Source: an uncultured Candidatus Binatia bacterium (lineage in GTDB: Bacteria > Desulfobacterota > Binatia > UBA9968 > JAJDTQ01). Taken from it: DNA of 64,000 nucleotides. The position numbers were made by a program, and so were the translations under genes. Shown here in pieces: positions 53,148 to 62,163 of the stretch (positions within the stretch are counted from its first letter, which is position 1; every line of letters starts with the position of its first letter). The notes under the pieces were generated by a model. The model was not told where the DNA came from, did no database searches, and saw only the letters and a program-made list of their open reading frames with translations. The DNA lies in the NCBI GenBank assembly GCA_965242525.1, contig OZ251459.1, positions 2,137,515-2,201,514 of the forward strand, written 5' to 3'.

Positions 53148-53761
53148 CGGCCGCGCGGCACCTGGAGTTCCTGGTCGAAGAACAGTCGATGGAGGCTTTT
53201 CTGCGAGGACTGCTACCGCGCCTGCTTCCCGAAGGCTGCACGTTCGAAATTCGTGTATTCCAAGGCAAACGCGATCTGATGCGACGACTCGATAGTCGTC
53301 TGCGCGGCTACAGACACTGGCTGTCCGATGAATACCGGCTCGTGGTGATGGTCGATTGCGACCGTGACGATTGCCGAACGCTCAAGGCGCGGCTCGAAGA
53401 TGCGGCAGCCGGTTCGGGACTGCACACTCGTTCGCGAGCCGAAGATGACCGCTGGCAGGTGCTCAACCGCATCGTGATCGAAGAACTGGAGGCGTGGTAT
53501 TTCGGCGATTGGGAAGCTGTGCGCAACGCCTTTCCCCGAGTGTCTTCCACAATCCCGAATAAACCGCGTTACGGGAAACCCGACGCGATCCCGGACACAT
53601 GGGAGGAATTCGGGCGCATACTGAAAAAGCACGGATACCACAGGGCCGGGCTGCGCAAGATCGAAGCCGCACGGCTCATCGCGCCGAAGATCAATCCGGC
53701 GCGCAACCGTTCGCCGAGCTTTGCGGCCTTTCGCGATGTCCTCGCCGAGGCGACCGCATGA
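53144..53761 (+). CDS. DUF4276-like (Toprim-related) protein, partner of the ATPase
   Basis: [23 protein letters not shown] and an acidic cluster [15 protein letters not shown] overlap with the ATPase stop at 53144-53147. The family is assigned from memory of its consensus. Confidence 0.65.
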   Translation: MTAARHLEFLVEEQSMEAFLRGLLPRLLPEGCTFEIRVFQGKRDLMRRLDSRLRGYRHWLSDEYRLVVMVDCDRDDCRTLKARLEDAAAGSGLHTRSRAEDDRWQVLNRIVIEELEAWYFGDWEAVRNAFPRVSSTIPNKPRYGKPDAIPDTWEEFGRILKKHGYHRAGLRKIEAARLIAPKINPARNRSPSFAAFRDVLAEATA

Positions 53762-53840
53762 GGCGCCTGCCGACCGGGAGCGGCGGCGCATAACGGGACG
53801 ACGGGCGGCGCGGCACAGGGACGGCGCAAGGACAGAATCG

Positions 53841-55439
53841 ATGACACAATCGGAAACGGGTTCGGACCCGCGCGCAGCGCGGCGGAAACTCCCCATCGGT
53901 ATCCAGACCTTCCGCGAGATCCGCGAAGACGGCTGCTACTACGTGGACAAGACCGCCTACGTCCAGCGGCTGGTGGACGAAGGCAAGCACTACTTCCTGT
54001 CGCGTCCGCGACGCTTCGGCAAGAGCCTCCTGGTGGACACCATCAAAGAGCTGTTCGAAGGCAACGAGCCGCTGTTTCGGGGTCTCGCCATCCACGACAG
54101 GTGGGACTGGTCCGCTCCTCGTCCCGTGCTGCGCTTCGACTTCGGGGACGGCGGCTATGACGAACCCGGCCTCGTGCACAAGGAGGCCGCGGCGCGCCTG
54201 GGCGCCCTGGAGCGGGGGTTCGCGGTCGCCCCCCACGACGACATCGCCCCGGCCCGTTTCCGGCACCTGTTGCAGACGCTGCACGAACGCACCGGCCGGC
54301 GGGCCGCGGTGCTGATCGACGAATACGACAAGCCGATCCTGGACGCGCTGAGGTCGCCGGAGACAGCCCGCGCCAACCGCGACTTTCTGCACGGGTTGTA
54401 CTCCGTCATCAAGTCCGCGGACGCACACGTCGAATTCACCCTGCTCACCGGGGTGAGCAAGTTCTCCAAGGTCAGCCTGTTCTCGGGCTTGAACAACCTC
54501 AAGGACATCACCCTGGACCCGCGCTACTCCGCCATCTGCGGCTACACCGAGGCGGACCTCGACACGGTGTTCGCCCCGGAGTTGCTGGGACTGGACCGGG
54601 GCGAGATCCGCCGCTGGTACAACGGCTACGGCTGGCTCGGCGACGAGAAGGTCTATAACCCCTTCGACATCCTCCTGCTCTTCGACACCCGACGGTTCAA
54701 GGCATGGTGGTTCGAGACCGGCACGCCGACGTTCCTCATCGACACGCTGCTGGAGCGGGGGGTCGGCTCGCTGGCCCTCGAGGACATGCTCGGCGACGAT
54801 GCCTTGCTGTCCGCCTTCGACGTGGGCGCCATCGCCACCGAGGCGCTGCTGTTCCAGACCGGCTACCTCACCATCCATGACGAACGGGACGTGGGCGGAG
54901 AGGCCGCTTACCGGCTGGGCTATCCCAACCGGGAGGTGCGCCAGAGCCTGAACCGGAGCCTGTTGAGCCGCCTCGCGGACGATCCATCCGGCCCGACAGG
55001 GCACCGCGTCCGGCTGTACGACCTGTTGCGGGACAACGATTTCGACGGCATGGAGGCGCTGCTCAGGGCATTCTTCGCCGGGATTCCGTACCAGTGGCAT
55101 ACGAAGAACGACATCGCCGACTACGAAGGCTACTACGCGAGCGTGTTCTACGCCCTGTTCGCGTCCGCGGGGCTGGACATGACGGTGGAAGACAGCAGCA
55201 GCCGCGGGCGGGTGGAACTCACGGTGCGCCTCGACGGCAGCGTGTACCTGTTCGAGTTCAAGGTGGTGGACCCGGCCCCCCCGGGGTCGTCGGCGCAGCA
55301 AAGCGCCGCGATGACCCAGTTGCGCGAGCGGGGCTATGCGGACAAGCACCGGAGTTCCGGCCGGCCGATCCACCTGATCGCAGTGGAGTTCAGCAAGGAG
55401 ACCCGCAACCTGGCCGTGTTCGAGGCAGCGCCGGCCTGA
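53841..55439 (+). CDS. AAA-ATPase_like (PF09820-type) + PD-(D/E)XK (PDDEXK_9-type) protein
   Basis: LPIGIQTFREIREDGCYYVDKTAYVQRLVDEGKHYFLSRPRRFGKSLL is the classic N-terminus of this family. The C-terminal GRVELTVRLDGSVYLFEFKV is nuclease-like. Confidence 0.8.
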   Translation: MTQSETGSDPRAARRKLPIGIQTFREIREDGCYYVDKTAYVQRLVDEGKHYFLSRPRRFGKSLLVDTIKELFEGNEPLFRGLAIHDRWDWSAPRPVLRFDFGDGGYDEPGLVHKEAAARLGALERGFAVAPHDDIAPARFRHLLQTLHERTGRRAAVLIDEYDKPILDALRSPETARANRDFLHGLYSVIKSADAHVEFTLLTGVSKFSKVSLFSGLNNLKDITLDPRYSAICGYTEADLDTVFAPELLGLDRGEIRRWYNGYGWLGDEKVYNPFDILLLFDTRRFKAWWFETGTPTFLIDTLLERGVGSLALEDMLGDDALLSAFDVGAIATEALLFQTGYLTIHDERDVGGEAAYRLGYPNREVRQSLNRSLLSRLADDPSGPTGHRVRLYDLLRDNDFDGMEALLRAFFAGIPYQWHTKNDIADYEGYYASVFYALFASAGLDMTVEDSSSRGRVELTVRLDGSVYLFEFKVVDPAPPGSSAQQSAAMTQLRERGYADKHRSSGRPIHLIAVEFSKETRNLAVFEAAPA

Positions 55440-55465
55440 AGCGCCCGGCCGTACGGCACGCAACG

Positions 55466-56431
55466 TCACCGCCGCCGCACGTGCGGGTCCAGGGCGTCGC
55501 GCAGGCCGTCGCCCATGTAGTTCACGCTCAGGACCGTGAGCGAGATGGCGAGACCCGGCCAGAGGACCCGGGCGGGGGTGATGCCGAGGAAGGGCACGCC
55601 ATCGTAGAGCAACCGGCCCCAGGTGGGGAAATCGGACGGGAAACCGAGGCCCAGGAAGCTCAGGGCGCTCTCGGTGATGATGGCATGGGCGATGCCGAGG
55701 GTGGCCGCCACCGTGATGGGGTTCAGGGCGTTGGGGAGGACGTGCTTCACGATGACGTGGTGCGGCCCCGCGCCCATGCCGCGGGCGGCGAGTACGAACT
55801 CCCGCTGCTTGACCGAGAGCACCTCCCCGCGAACGATGCGCGCGGTCTGCATCCAGCTCGTCATGCCGATGACCGCGACCACCAGGACGAATATCCCGAG
55901 CTCCGGTCCCAGGGCGGCGCGCAGCGGGTCCCGGAACAGCATGATGGCCACCAGCAGCAGCGGCAGCACCGGCAGGGCCAGGAACAGGTCGGTGAGCCGC
56001 ATGAGCGGACCGTCGAGCCTCCGGAAGAAGCCTGCGGTGACGCCGGCGAACGTCCCCAGTGTCAGTGACAGCACCATTGCGCCGACTCCCACCGCGAGCG
56101 AGACCCGCCCGCCCGCCAGCACCCGGGCCAACATGTCGCGGCCCAGGTTGTCCGTGCCCATGGGGTGGGCCAGCGACATGCCCCGGTTCCGGGCCGCGTA
56201 GTCGAGGTATTGCGGATCCACGCCGTGGACCGCGGACCCGAGCAGCACCGCCAACGCGACCACCGAGAACACCGCGGCGCCGGCCAGGGCGCCCTTGTGT
56301 CGCAGGAACTGGCGCCACACGTCCCGGGCCGGCGAGGGGCGCGCCGGCGCCGCGGCCGGTCTCCGGTCGAGCGAGGGGCCTCCCGATCCCGCGGCCGGTT
56401 CCCGGGCGGACTCCGGAACCCCGTCAGTCAT
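55466..56431 (-). CDS. ABC transporter permease (DppC/OppC-like)
   Basis: Multiple TM segments and a binding-protein-dependent transport motif region (ESALSFLGLGFPSDFPTWG). Confidence 0.85.
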   Translation of the reverse strand: MTDGVPESAREPAAGSGGPSLDRRPAAAPARPSPARDVWRQFLRHKGALAGAAVFSVVALAVLLGSAVHGVDPQYLDYAARNRGMSLAHPMGTDNLGRDMLARVLAGGRVSLAVGVGAMVLSLTLGTFAGVTAGFFRRLDGPLMRLTDLFLALPVLPLLLVAIMLFRDPLRAALGPELGIFVLVVAVIGMTSWMQTARIVRGEVLSVKQREFVLAARGMGAGPHHVIVKHVLPNALNPITVAATLGIAHAIITESALSFLGLGFPSDFPTWGRLLYDGVPFLGITPARVLWPGLAISLTVLSVNYMGDGLRDALDPHVRRR

Positions 56432-56535
56432 GCCGGTCCCTCGAGTCCGGCGCGCCGCGGCGGCATCCGCCTCCGGATGGAACGCCGTGACCGGCGCCGC
56501 GAAGAGGAACCCCGGGAACGCCGCCGTCCAAGACG

Positions 56536-57549
56536 TCAGTCATACCGGATCCTCGGGTCCAGCACGCCGTAGAGGACGTCCGCTGCCAGGTTGAACGCCA
56601 CGATCAGCACCGCGAAGAGGAAGGTCACGGTCTGTACGGTGGGGATGTCCGCGCTCTCGATGGCGCCGATGAGCAACTGGCCCACGCCGTTGATGCGGAA
56701 TATCTGCTCGGTGATGATGGCCCCTGCGAAGGTGGACGGCAGCCCCAGGGCCGCCACCGTGACCACTGGGATCATGCTGTTGCGCAGCACGTGGACCAGG
56801 ACCACCACCGGCTCGGCCAGCCCCTTGGCCCGGGCCGTGCGCACGTAGTCCCGGTTGAGGTTCTCCAGGACCGCGGAGCGCGTGAACCGGCTGAGTTGCG
56901 CCGCGTTGAACAGGCCCAGCACCGTCACCGGCATGATCATCTGCTTGACCTGGTAGCCGAAGCTCTCCAGGTCCGTCACTCTATGGGTGGTGTCGTAGAT
57001 GGACGGCAGCCAGTCGAGGCCGACGCTGAAGACCACGATGAGCACCGTTCCGGTGAAGAACGTAGGGATGGAGAAACCCACCATGGTGACGAAGGCGCCC
57101 ACCTGGTCGAAGACCGAATACTGCCGGTAGGCGGAGAAGACGCCCACCGGCACAGCCAGGACCAACGCCGCCAGGTAGGAGAGGCCCACCACGGTCAGGG
57201 TCTGCGGCAGCCGCTCCGCGATCAGGTCCACCACCGGCGCCCGGGTGGACCAGGAGCGCACGCGCAGGCGCTCCGCGGAGTCGCCGACCTCGATCCCCCA
57301 CAGTCGCTCGACGAGGTTGAGGGGCTCGTTGACCATGAACTGGCCGAGCCACCTGAAATAGCGCACGTGGAACGGTTGCCCGAGCCCCAGGCTCTCCCGG
57401 ATGGCTTCCCGGGTCTCCGGAGGGATCGTCAGCGGGAGCCGGGCCGTGGGGTCGTTGGGGGCGAGGTCGAGCAGGGCGAAGACGATGAAGCTGATGGCCA
57501 GCAGCGTCGGGACCGAGAACAGCAAGCGTCTGGCCGCGTACCTGGACAT
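56536..57549 (-). CDS. ABC transporter permease (DppB/OppB-like)
   Basis: MSRYAARRLLFSVPTLLAISFIVFALLDLAPNDP and RTARAKGL motifs. Confidence 0.9.
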   Translation of the reverse strand: MSRYAARRLLFSVPTLLAISFIVFALLDLAPNDPTARLPLTIPPETREAIRESLGLGQPFHVRYFRWLGQFMVNEPLNLVERLWGIEVGDSAERLRVRSWSTRAPVVDLIAERLPQTLTVVGLSYLAALVLAVPVGVFSAYRQYSVFDQVGAFVTMVGFSIPTFFTGTVLIVVFSVGLDWLPSIYDTTHRVTDLESFGYQVKQMIMPVTVLGLFNAAQLSRFTRSAVLENLNRDYVRTARAKGLAEPVVVLVHVLRNSMIPVVTVAALGLPSTFAGAIITEQIFRINGVGQLLIGAIESADIPTVQTVTFLFAVLIVAFNLAADVLYGVLDPRIRYD

Positions 57550-57614
57550 GGACGGGACCCGTGCGCCCTACCGGCCGGGGAGGGCGCGGGAGGAGTTGCC
57601 GTGCGGGTCCCGGA

Positions 57615-59342
57615 TCAGCGCGGCGGCCGGCGATGCCACTCCTGGACGTTCCACAGGGTTGCGTCCCAGGCGTTGTGGCGCACCCCTCCGAGGGACAGCG
57701 CCCGGGCCGCCACCTCGCCCCGGTGGACCAGCGGGATCACCGCCCCGTCGCCCACCAGCATGTCGTTCATGCGCTTGGCGATTTCGGCGCGCCTCCCGAT
57801 CCCCGGAGTCTTGGCAAGCAACGCCGCGAGTTCGTCGTACTCCGGGTTGCAGTAGCGTGAGATGTTGCGGCCGATCCACTGGTTCCCGGGCGCCGGGATC
57901 TCCTCGCACAGCCAACCCTGCAGGTATGCCTGGGGATCGGTGCCGTCGAAGTTGTTGGTGTACATCTGGATGTCCGCGTAGAACTTCTGGTAGGTGTCCG
58001 GGCTCGCCGGATCGCTGCCGAAGAACACCGACCCGCTGATGTTCTTCAACTCGGTCTCGACGCCGATCTCCCGCCACATCTGCTTGACCAGGGCCTGGGT
58101 GCCCTGGCGGACCGAATTGGTGGAGGTCTGGTAGAGGATCGAAAGCCGCACCCCGTCCCTGGCGCGGACCCCGTCCGGGCCGCGCGCCCAGCCGGCTTCG
58201 TCCAGCAGCCGGTTGGCCCCGGCCACGTCCCGGGTCCTGCACCAGTCGTTGGCCGCGGAGGCATAGACCGGCGGGGCCGGGAGCACGTTGCAGGTGACCC
58301 GACCCGCGGGGCCGTAACCCGCGTCCACCAGGACCTCCCGGTCGATGGCCATGGACAGGGCGCGCCGCACCGCGGGGTCCGAGAGGAAGGGGTGGGGGTT
58401 CCTGCCGTCCTGATAGGTGGAACGCTTGGCGCCCAGGGCCGGATCGGGGTTGGTGAGCTGCACCACCAGGCGCTCCACCAGGGTGCCGAAAGCGGACAAC
58501 ACTTCGCCCTTGCCCGCCTTGGCCATGACGGCGAGGATCTCCGGCTCCACCTGCAGGTTCCAGCCATAGTCGAACTCGCCGGTCTCCAGCACCGCCCGAG
58601 CCGACGAGACCGCGTCTCCACCGCCCTTCAGCAGGACCGAGGAGAAGGCCGGGCGGTCAGGGTCTCGGTAGCGGTCGTTGAGTACGTAGCGGACCACGTC
58701 GTTGGCCCGGAACTCCTGCACCTCGAAGGGGCCGGTGCCCACGGGACCGAAGTTCTCCTCCGTGCACTCCGGCGCCCTGGCGCCCATGCACTTCTCGAAC
58801 TGCTTCTTCTGGAGGACCGGACAGACCGAGCCGGCGAACGGGGCATAGGGGAACGGCATGGGGACGGCGAAGGAGATCCGCACCGTGTGGTCGTCCACCG
58901 CCTCCACGGACGCCACGTTCTGGAACCGGCTGGCCGCGTTGCAGCCGCCCTCGGGATGCATGCAGTAAGCCGCGGTGAAGGCCACGTCCGCGGCGGTGAA
59001 CGGCGTGCCGTCCGACCACACCACGTCCTTTCGGAGCTTCCAGGTGATGGACTTGAGATCCGCGGCGACTCCGCGGTTGGCCACGGTGGGGATCTCCGAC
59101 GCCAGGGCCGGCGACATGACGCCGTTCTCGTCGTAGCGCACCAGCGGCTCCAGGACCAGGGCGGCCGCGTGGATGTCCTTGGTCCCCCCCGACAGGAGCG
59201 GGTTCAGGATCGACGGCGCCTGCCAGTAGAGCAGCTTCAACTCGCCGTCCGCGCCGCGCCCGGCTTGCGCCGGGGACGCCAACGCCGCCAGAGCCGCCGC
59301 GGCCGCGATGAACAGTCCGAGCAATCGCATCTTCGCCCTCAT
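57615..59342 (-). CDS. ABC transporter substrate-binding protein, family 5 (peptide/nickel type)
   Basis: 575 aa from the ATG verified at 59342, with a signal peptide MRAKMRLLGLFIAAAAALAALASPAQA and family-5-like ITWKLRKDVVWSDGTPFTAADV. Confidence 0.85.
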   Translation of the reverse strand: MRAKMRLLGLFIAAAAALAALASPAQAGRGADGELKLLYWQAPSILNPLLSGGTKDIHAAALVLEPLVRYDENGVMSPALASEIPTVANRGVAADLKSITWKLRKDVVWSDGTPFTAADVAFTAAYCMHPEGGCNAASRFQNVASVEAVDDHTVRISFAVPMPFPYAPFAGSVCPVLQKKQFEKCMGARAPECTEENFGPVGTGPFEVQEFRANDVVRYVLNDRYRDPDRPAFSSVLLKGGGDAVSSARAVLETGEFDYGWNLQVEPEILAVMAKAGKGEVLSAFGTLVERLVVQLTNPDPALGAKRSTYQDGRNPHPFLSDPAVRRALSMAIDREVLVDAGYGPAGRVTCNVLPAPPVYASAANDWCRTRDVAGANRLLDEAGWARGPDGVRARDGVRLSILYQTSTNSVRQGTQALVKQMWREIGVETELKNISGSVFFGSDPASPDTYQKFYADIQMYTNNFDGTDPQAYLQGWLCEEIPAPGNQWIGRNISRYCNPEYDELAALLAKTPGIGRRAEIAKRMNDMLVGDGAVIPLVHRGEVAARALSLGGVRHNAWDATLWNVQEWHRRPPR

Positions 59343-59413
59343 GCCCCCGCCCTCCGGGTCTCTTCCGGAACCTCCGGTCAATTCCGGCTCGACGTGTTTC
59401 TCCCTGTGAAAAA

Positions 59414-59475
59414 GCGCGTCCTTCGACTTCGCTACGCTACGCTCAGGACGAACGGGGCAATCGTTCGGGGTTTCC
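59414..59475 (+). repeat. Truncated copy of the MITE-like family (core + right TIR-like end)
   Basis: GCGCGTCCTTCGACTTCGCTACGCTACGCTCAGGACGAACGGGG followed by CAATCGTTCGGGGTTTCC. Confidence 0.5.
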
Positions 59476-59497
59476 TTCGGCAAGGCCCGGTCCGCGG

Positions 59498-60349
59498 TCA
59501 ACTGAACAGGACCTTGGCCATCTCCGACCGGTACCGGTCCGCCAACTCGCTTCCCGGCCCCAGGACCTCGAAGATCCGGACCATCGCCTTGCGGGCGCCG
59601 TCGTCCTCGAAGGCGCGGTCTTTGCGCAGCACCGCCAGGAACTCTTCCAACGCGGCCTCGTAGAGCTCTTCCGCGGCAAGGGCCTGGGCCAGCCGGAAAC
59701 GCAACTCCACGCTGTCCGGGGCCGACGACAACCGCTGCCTGAGGGAATCCACGTCCGCGCCGTCCCCCTGGCTCAACTGCTGCCGGGCGATCAGCCGGTC
59801 GGCCTCCCTGCGCTCGGGCGAGCCCGGGGGCACCCGCTCGAGCAGCGCCAAGCCGCGCTCCGCATCCGTACCGAGCAGGATGCGTCCCATGCCGAGCAGC
59901 GCCCCCGCGTGGGGCGGCGACTCGTCCAGCACCTGTTGGTAGATTTTCGATGCCCCTTCCGCGTCGCCCCGGGACCACAACCCGTCCGCCTCGGCCGCCA
60001 TCTCGTCCTGACGCGAGGGCGCCACCGAACCCAGGACCTCGCGGACTCCGGCTTCGGGAAGCGCCCCGGTGAACTCCGCGGCAACGGCGCCGTCCTTGAA
60101 GACCTTGACCGCGGGGATCCCCTGTATGCCGAAGCCGGACGCAAGCCCGGGGTTCTCGTCCACGTTGACCTTGGCCAGGAGGAGCTTGCCCTCGTATTCC
60201 TCCACCACCCGCTCCAGCACCGGACCCAGGACCCTGCACGGGCCGCACCACGGCGCCCAGAAGTCCACCGCCACCGGCGTTTCTTCGGAACGCTTCAGCA
60301 CTTCCGCTTCGAACTCGGCGTCGCCAACGTCGAAAACCAGCGATTCCAT
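59498..60349 (-). CDS. Thioredoxin-domain protein with C-terminal TPR-like domain (YbbN/CnoX-like)
   Basis: 283 aa from the ATG verified at 60349, with VDFWAPWCGPCRVLGP and a TPR-like tail. Confidence 0.85.
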   Translation of the reverse strand: MESLVFDVGDAEFEAEVLKRSEETPVAVDFWAPWCGPCRVLGPVLERVVEEYEGKLLLAKVNVDENPGLASGFGIQGIPAVKVFKDGAVAAEFTGALPEAGVREVLGSVAPSRQDEMAAEADGLWSRGDAEGASKIYQQVLDESPPHAGALLGMGRILLGTDAERGLALLERVPPGSPERREADRLIARQQLSQGDGADVDSLRQRLSSAPDSVELRFRLAQALAAEELYEAALEEFLAVLRKDRAFEDDGARKAMVRIFEVLGPGSELADRYRSEMAKVLFS

Positions 60350-60405
60350 GATGTTCCGGGACCTTTCCGCAGGGCCGGACCGGGTACGGGCGAGAGCCCG
60401 GCCCG

Positions 60406-60891
60406 CTATTCCCCGAGCGGGTCGAAGTCCGACCCGTTGAGGGTGAACCGACGCTCCACCGGGGTGGGCTTCAGGATCGTCTGCATGACGTAGCACCCGT
60501 TCTCGGCGTTGCGGACCACTGCGGCCACCCGCTCCGCGGGCTCGTCGGACTCCAGGTCCAGCCTGGTCTCGAACCCGACCCCCTGGGCCTCCACGGTCTC
60601 CCGCAGCACCGACCCCTGGCTCTTGAAACGCCCGGTCACGTGGACCCGGGCCTTGCCGATCTTCACCTTCATCATTTCCCCGTACCGGGAAACCTGGGTC
60701 AGCAGTCAGAACCCCAGGGAAAGCGCGAAGTACGCCAACGGCGGCGGCGCGCTGTTGTCGCCGCCGGTCCGCTCGGCCTCGTCGCACAGGACGGTGAACC
60801 CCCGGGCCTCGCCGCTCTTCTTCTGCCGTTCCAGGGCCGCGGCGTCGGCCTCGATCACGATCTCCCGCTTGACGGTCACGTCTTCGGCCAT
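60406..60891 (-). CDS. OsmC/Ohr-family peroxiredoxin-like protein with in-frame TGA (candidate selenocysteine) at codon 62
   Basis: ORFs 60706..60891 and 60406..60675 are in the same frame and separated only by the TGA at 60706-60708. The joined product reads ...PPPLAYFALSLGF[TGA]LLTQVSRYGEMMKV...AENGCYVMQTI. The TGA aligns with the first conserved OsmC Cys, and the second Cys is present. Confidence 0.55.
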
Positions 60892-60923
60892 ATATCAACC
60901 TCCAGGGTTTGGTTTGCGAAACA

Positions 60924-61163
60924 GGAACCTCCGAACGATCGGGACAGGGGGCAAGGCTTCCTTCGACTTCGCCTCGCGTCCTTCGACTCCGCTTCGCTAC
61001 GCTCAGGACGAACGGAGATGGGAGTCCACGCTCAAGGCGAACGGGGATGGGAGCGCAACCCTTCCCAACCGACTCGTGCTGGTCACCCATGTTCAAGGCG
61101 AACGGGGATGGAGTGTCAGGGCGAGGGAGTCCATCCCGGATGCCTCGATCGTTCAGCGGTTCC
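60924..61163 (+). mobile_element. MITE-like element, copy 3 (240 nt)
   Basis: TIRs GGAACCTCCGAACGATCGGGACA (60924-60946) and TGCCTCGATCGTTCAGCGGTTCC (61141-61163), with an internal core plus diverged ..CAAGGCGAACGGGGATGG.. subrepeats. Confidence 0.6.
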
Positions 61164-61229
61164 AAAGGTAACCCATCAGCCGGAGACCGTCAATCGACCC
61201 GGCTGCACGAAGCACCGTCAAGCACCGTC

Positions 61230-61730
61230 ATGGCCCGGCGACACGCAGCCCTGATCCCGCTTTCACGCGACCATCACCAGGGGTTGACCCTGGCCTTGCG
61301 CTGCCGCAAGCACGCCCTCGGGCAGCTCAACCCCGGCGACGCCGCATCCCTGGAGGCATGCGCCGCGGAAGCCTCCCGTTTCTTCGGCGAGAGCCTGACG
61401 CCCCACTTCGAGGCCGAAGAGAAGGTCCTGTTCCCGCTGATGGCGGAATACCGGGAGAGCCGGGAGCTCGTGGCCGAGCTCCGGGGCGAGCACCGGGAGT
61501 TCCACCGTCTGCTGGCGCGGGCCGGGGATCCCCGCGGGCTGCGGAAGTTCCTGTTCGACTTCGGCGACCTGCTGGAGCGGCACATACGGAGCGAAGAGCG
61601 CGGCCTCTTCCCCGCCTTCGAGAGGCTCGTGCCGCAGGAGGAAGCCGACCGGGCCGGCCGGGAGTTGCGGCAAACCCTGGAAGGGAGCCGTGGGGCGTCC
61701 CGAGACCCCGAACTGCCGGAGTCGTCATGA
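61230..61730 (+). CDS. Hemerythrin-like (HHE cation-binding) domain protein
   Basis: 166 aa with H...E and H...E spacing in LTPHFEAEEKVLFPL, LRGEHREFHRLL and LLERHIRSEERGLFP. Confidence 0.65.
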   Translation: MARRHAALIPLSRDHHQGLTLALRCRKHALGQLNPGDAASLEACAAEASRFFGESLTPHFEAEEKVLFPLMAEYRESRELVAELRGEHREFHRLLARAGDPRGLRKFLFDFGDLLERHIRSEERGLFPAFERLVPQEEADRAGRELRQTLEGSRGASRDPELPESS

Positions 61731-61749
61731 CGAAACCCCGAACGGCCCT

Positions 61750-61793
61750 CCCCGTTCGTCCTGAGCGCAGCCGAAGCCGAGTCGAAGGACGCG
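61750..61793 (-). repeat. Isolated core of the MITE-like family (inverted orientation)
   Basis: CCCCGTTCGTCCTGAGCGCAGCCGAAGCCGAGTCGAAGGACGCG. Confidence 0.5.
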
Positions 61794-61804
61794 TAGCGTA
61801 GTAT

Positions 61805-61901
61805 CCTGTAACAGTGTCCAAGTCACTGGCATGGAGTATCTTGTCATGCACGGAAAACATGTCTTGCGCCGCATCCCCGCTGACAGAGCGAATGTTACAG
61901 G
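61805..61901. repeat. 97-nt element E1 bounded by 9-bp inverted repeats CCTGTAACA / TGTTACAGG
   Basis: Read directly. It is homologous to E2 (shared blocks AGTCACTGGC, TCATGCAC, AACATG, ATCCC, GTTACAGGGTAG). Confidence 0.55.
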
Positions 61902-61904
61902 GTA

Positions 61905-62045
61905 GAAACCTCTGAACAATCGGGACAGAGAGCATGGGCGCGTCCTTCGACTTCGCTTCGCTACGCTCAGGACGAACGGGAATAGGGGCGTCAGGGTGAG
62001 GGAATCGGGAATCCATCCTGGATGTCTCGATTGTTCAGAGGTTTC
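61905..62045 (+). mobile_element. MITE-like element, copy 4 (141 nt; best-preserved TIRs)
   Basis: GAAACCTCTGAACAATCGGGACA (61905-61927) versus TGTCTCGATTGTTCAGAGGTTTC (62023-62045): 22 of 23 positions are complementary. It has a single core subrepeat. Confidence 0.7.
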
Positions 62046-62055
62046 GGTAGTAGTT

Positions 62056-62154
62056 CCCTGTAACAGCGACCGAGTCACTGGCGTGGAACATTCCATCATG
62101 CACCGCGAACATGGCTCGCGCTGTATCCCTGATGATAGAGTAACTGTTACAGGG
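62056..62154. repeat. 99-nt element E2 bounded by perfect 11-bp inverted repeats CCCTGTAACAG / CTGTTACAGGG
   Basis: Read directly. It is a second copy of the E1 family in the same orientation. Confidence 0.55.
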
Positions 62155-62163
62155 TAGTAGTTT

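Noticed and set aside
61211-61230. Tandem 10-nt duplication AGCACCGTCA AGCACCGTCA directly before the hemerythrin-like ATG
   Set aside because: There are only two copies and no palindromic or promoter-like character. It is probably a slippage duplication, and no function can be argued.
62121-62154. CUGAUGA box in element E2, considered as a possible hammerhead ribozyme core
   Set aside because: There is no appropriately placed GAAA box or three-stem junction on either strand, and the paralogous E1 has CUGACAGAG instead. The match is most likely coincidental.
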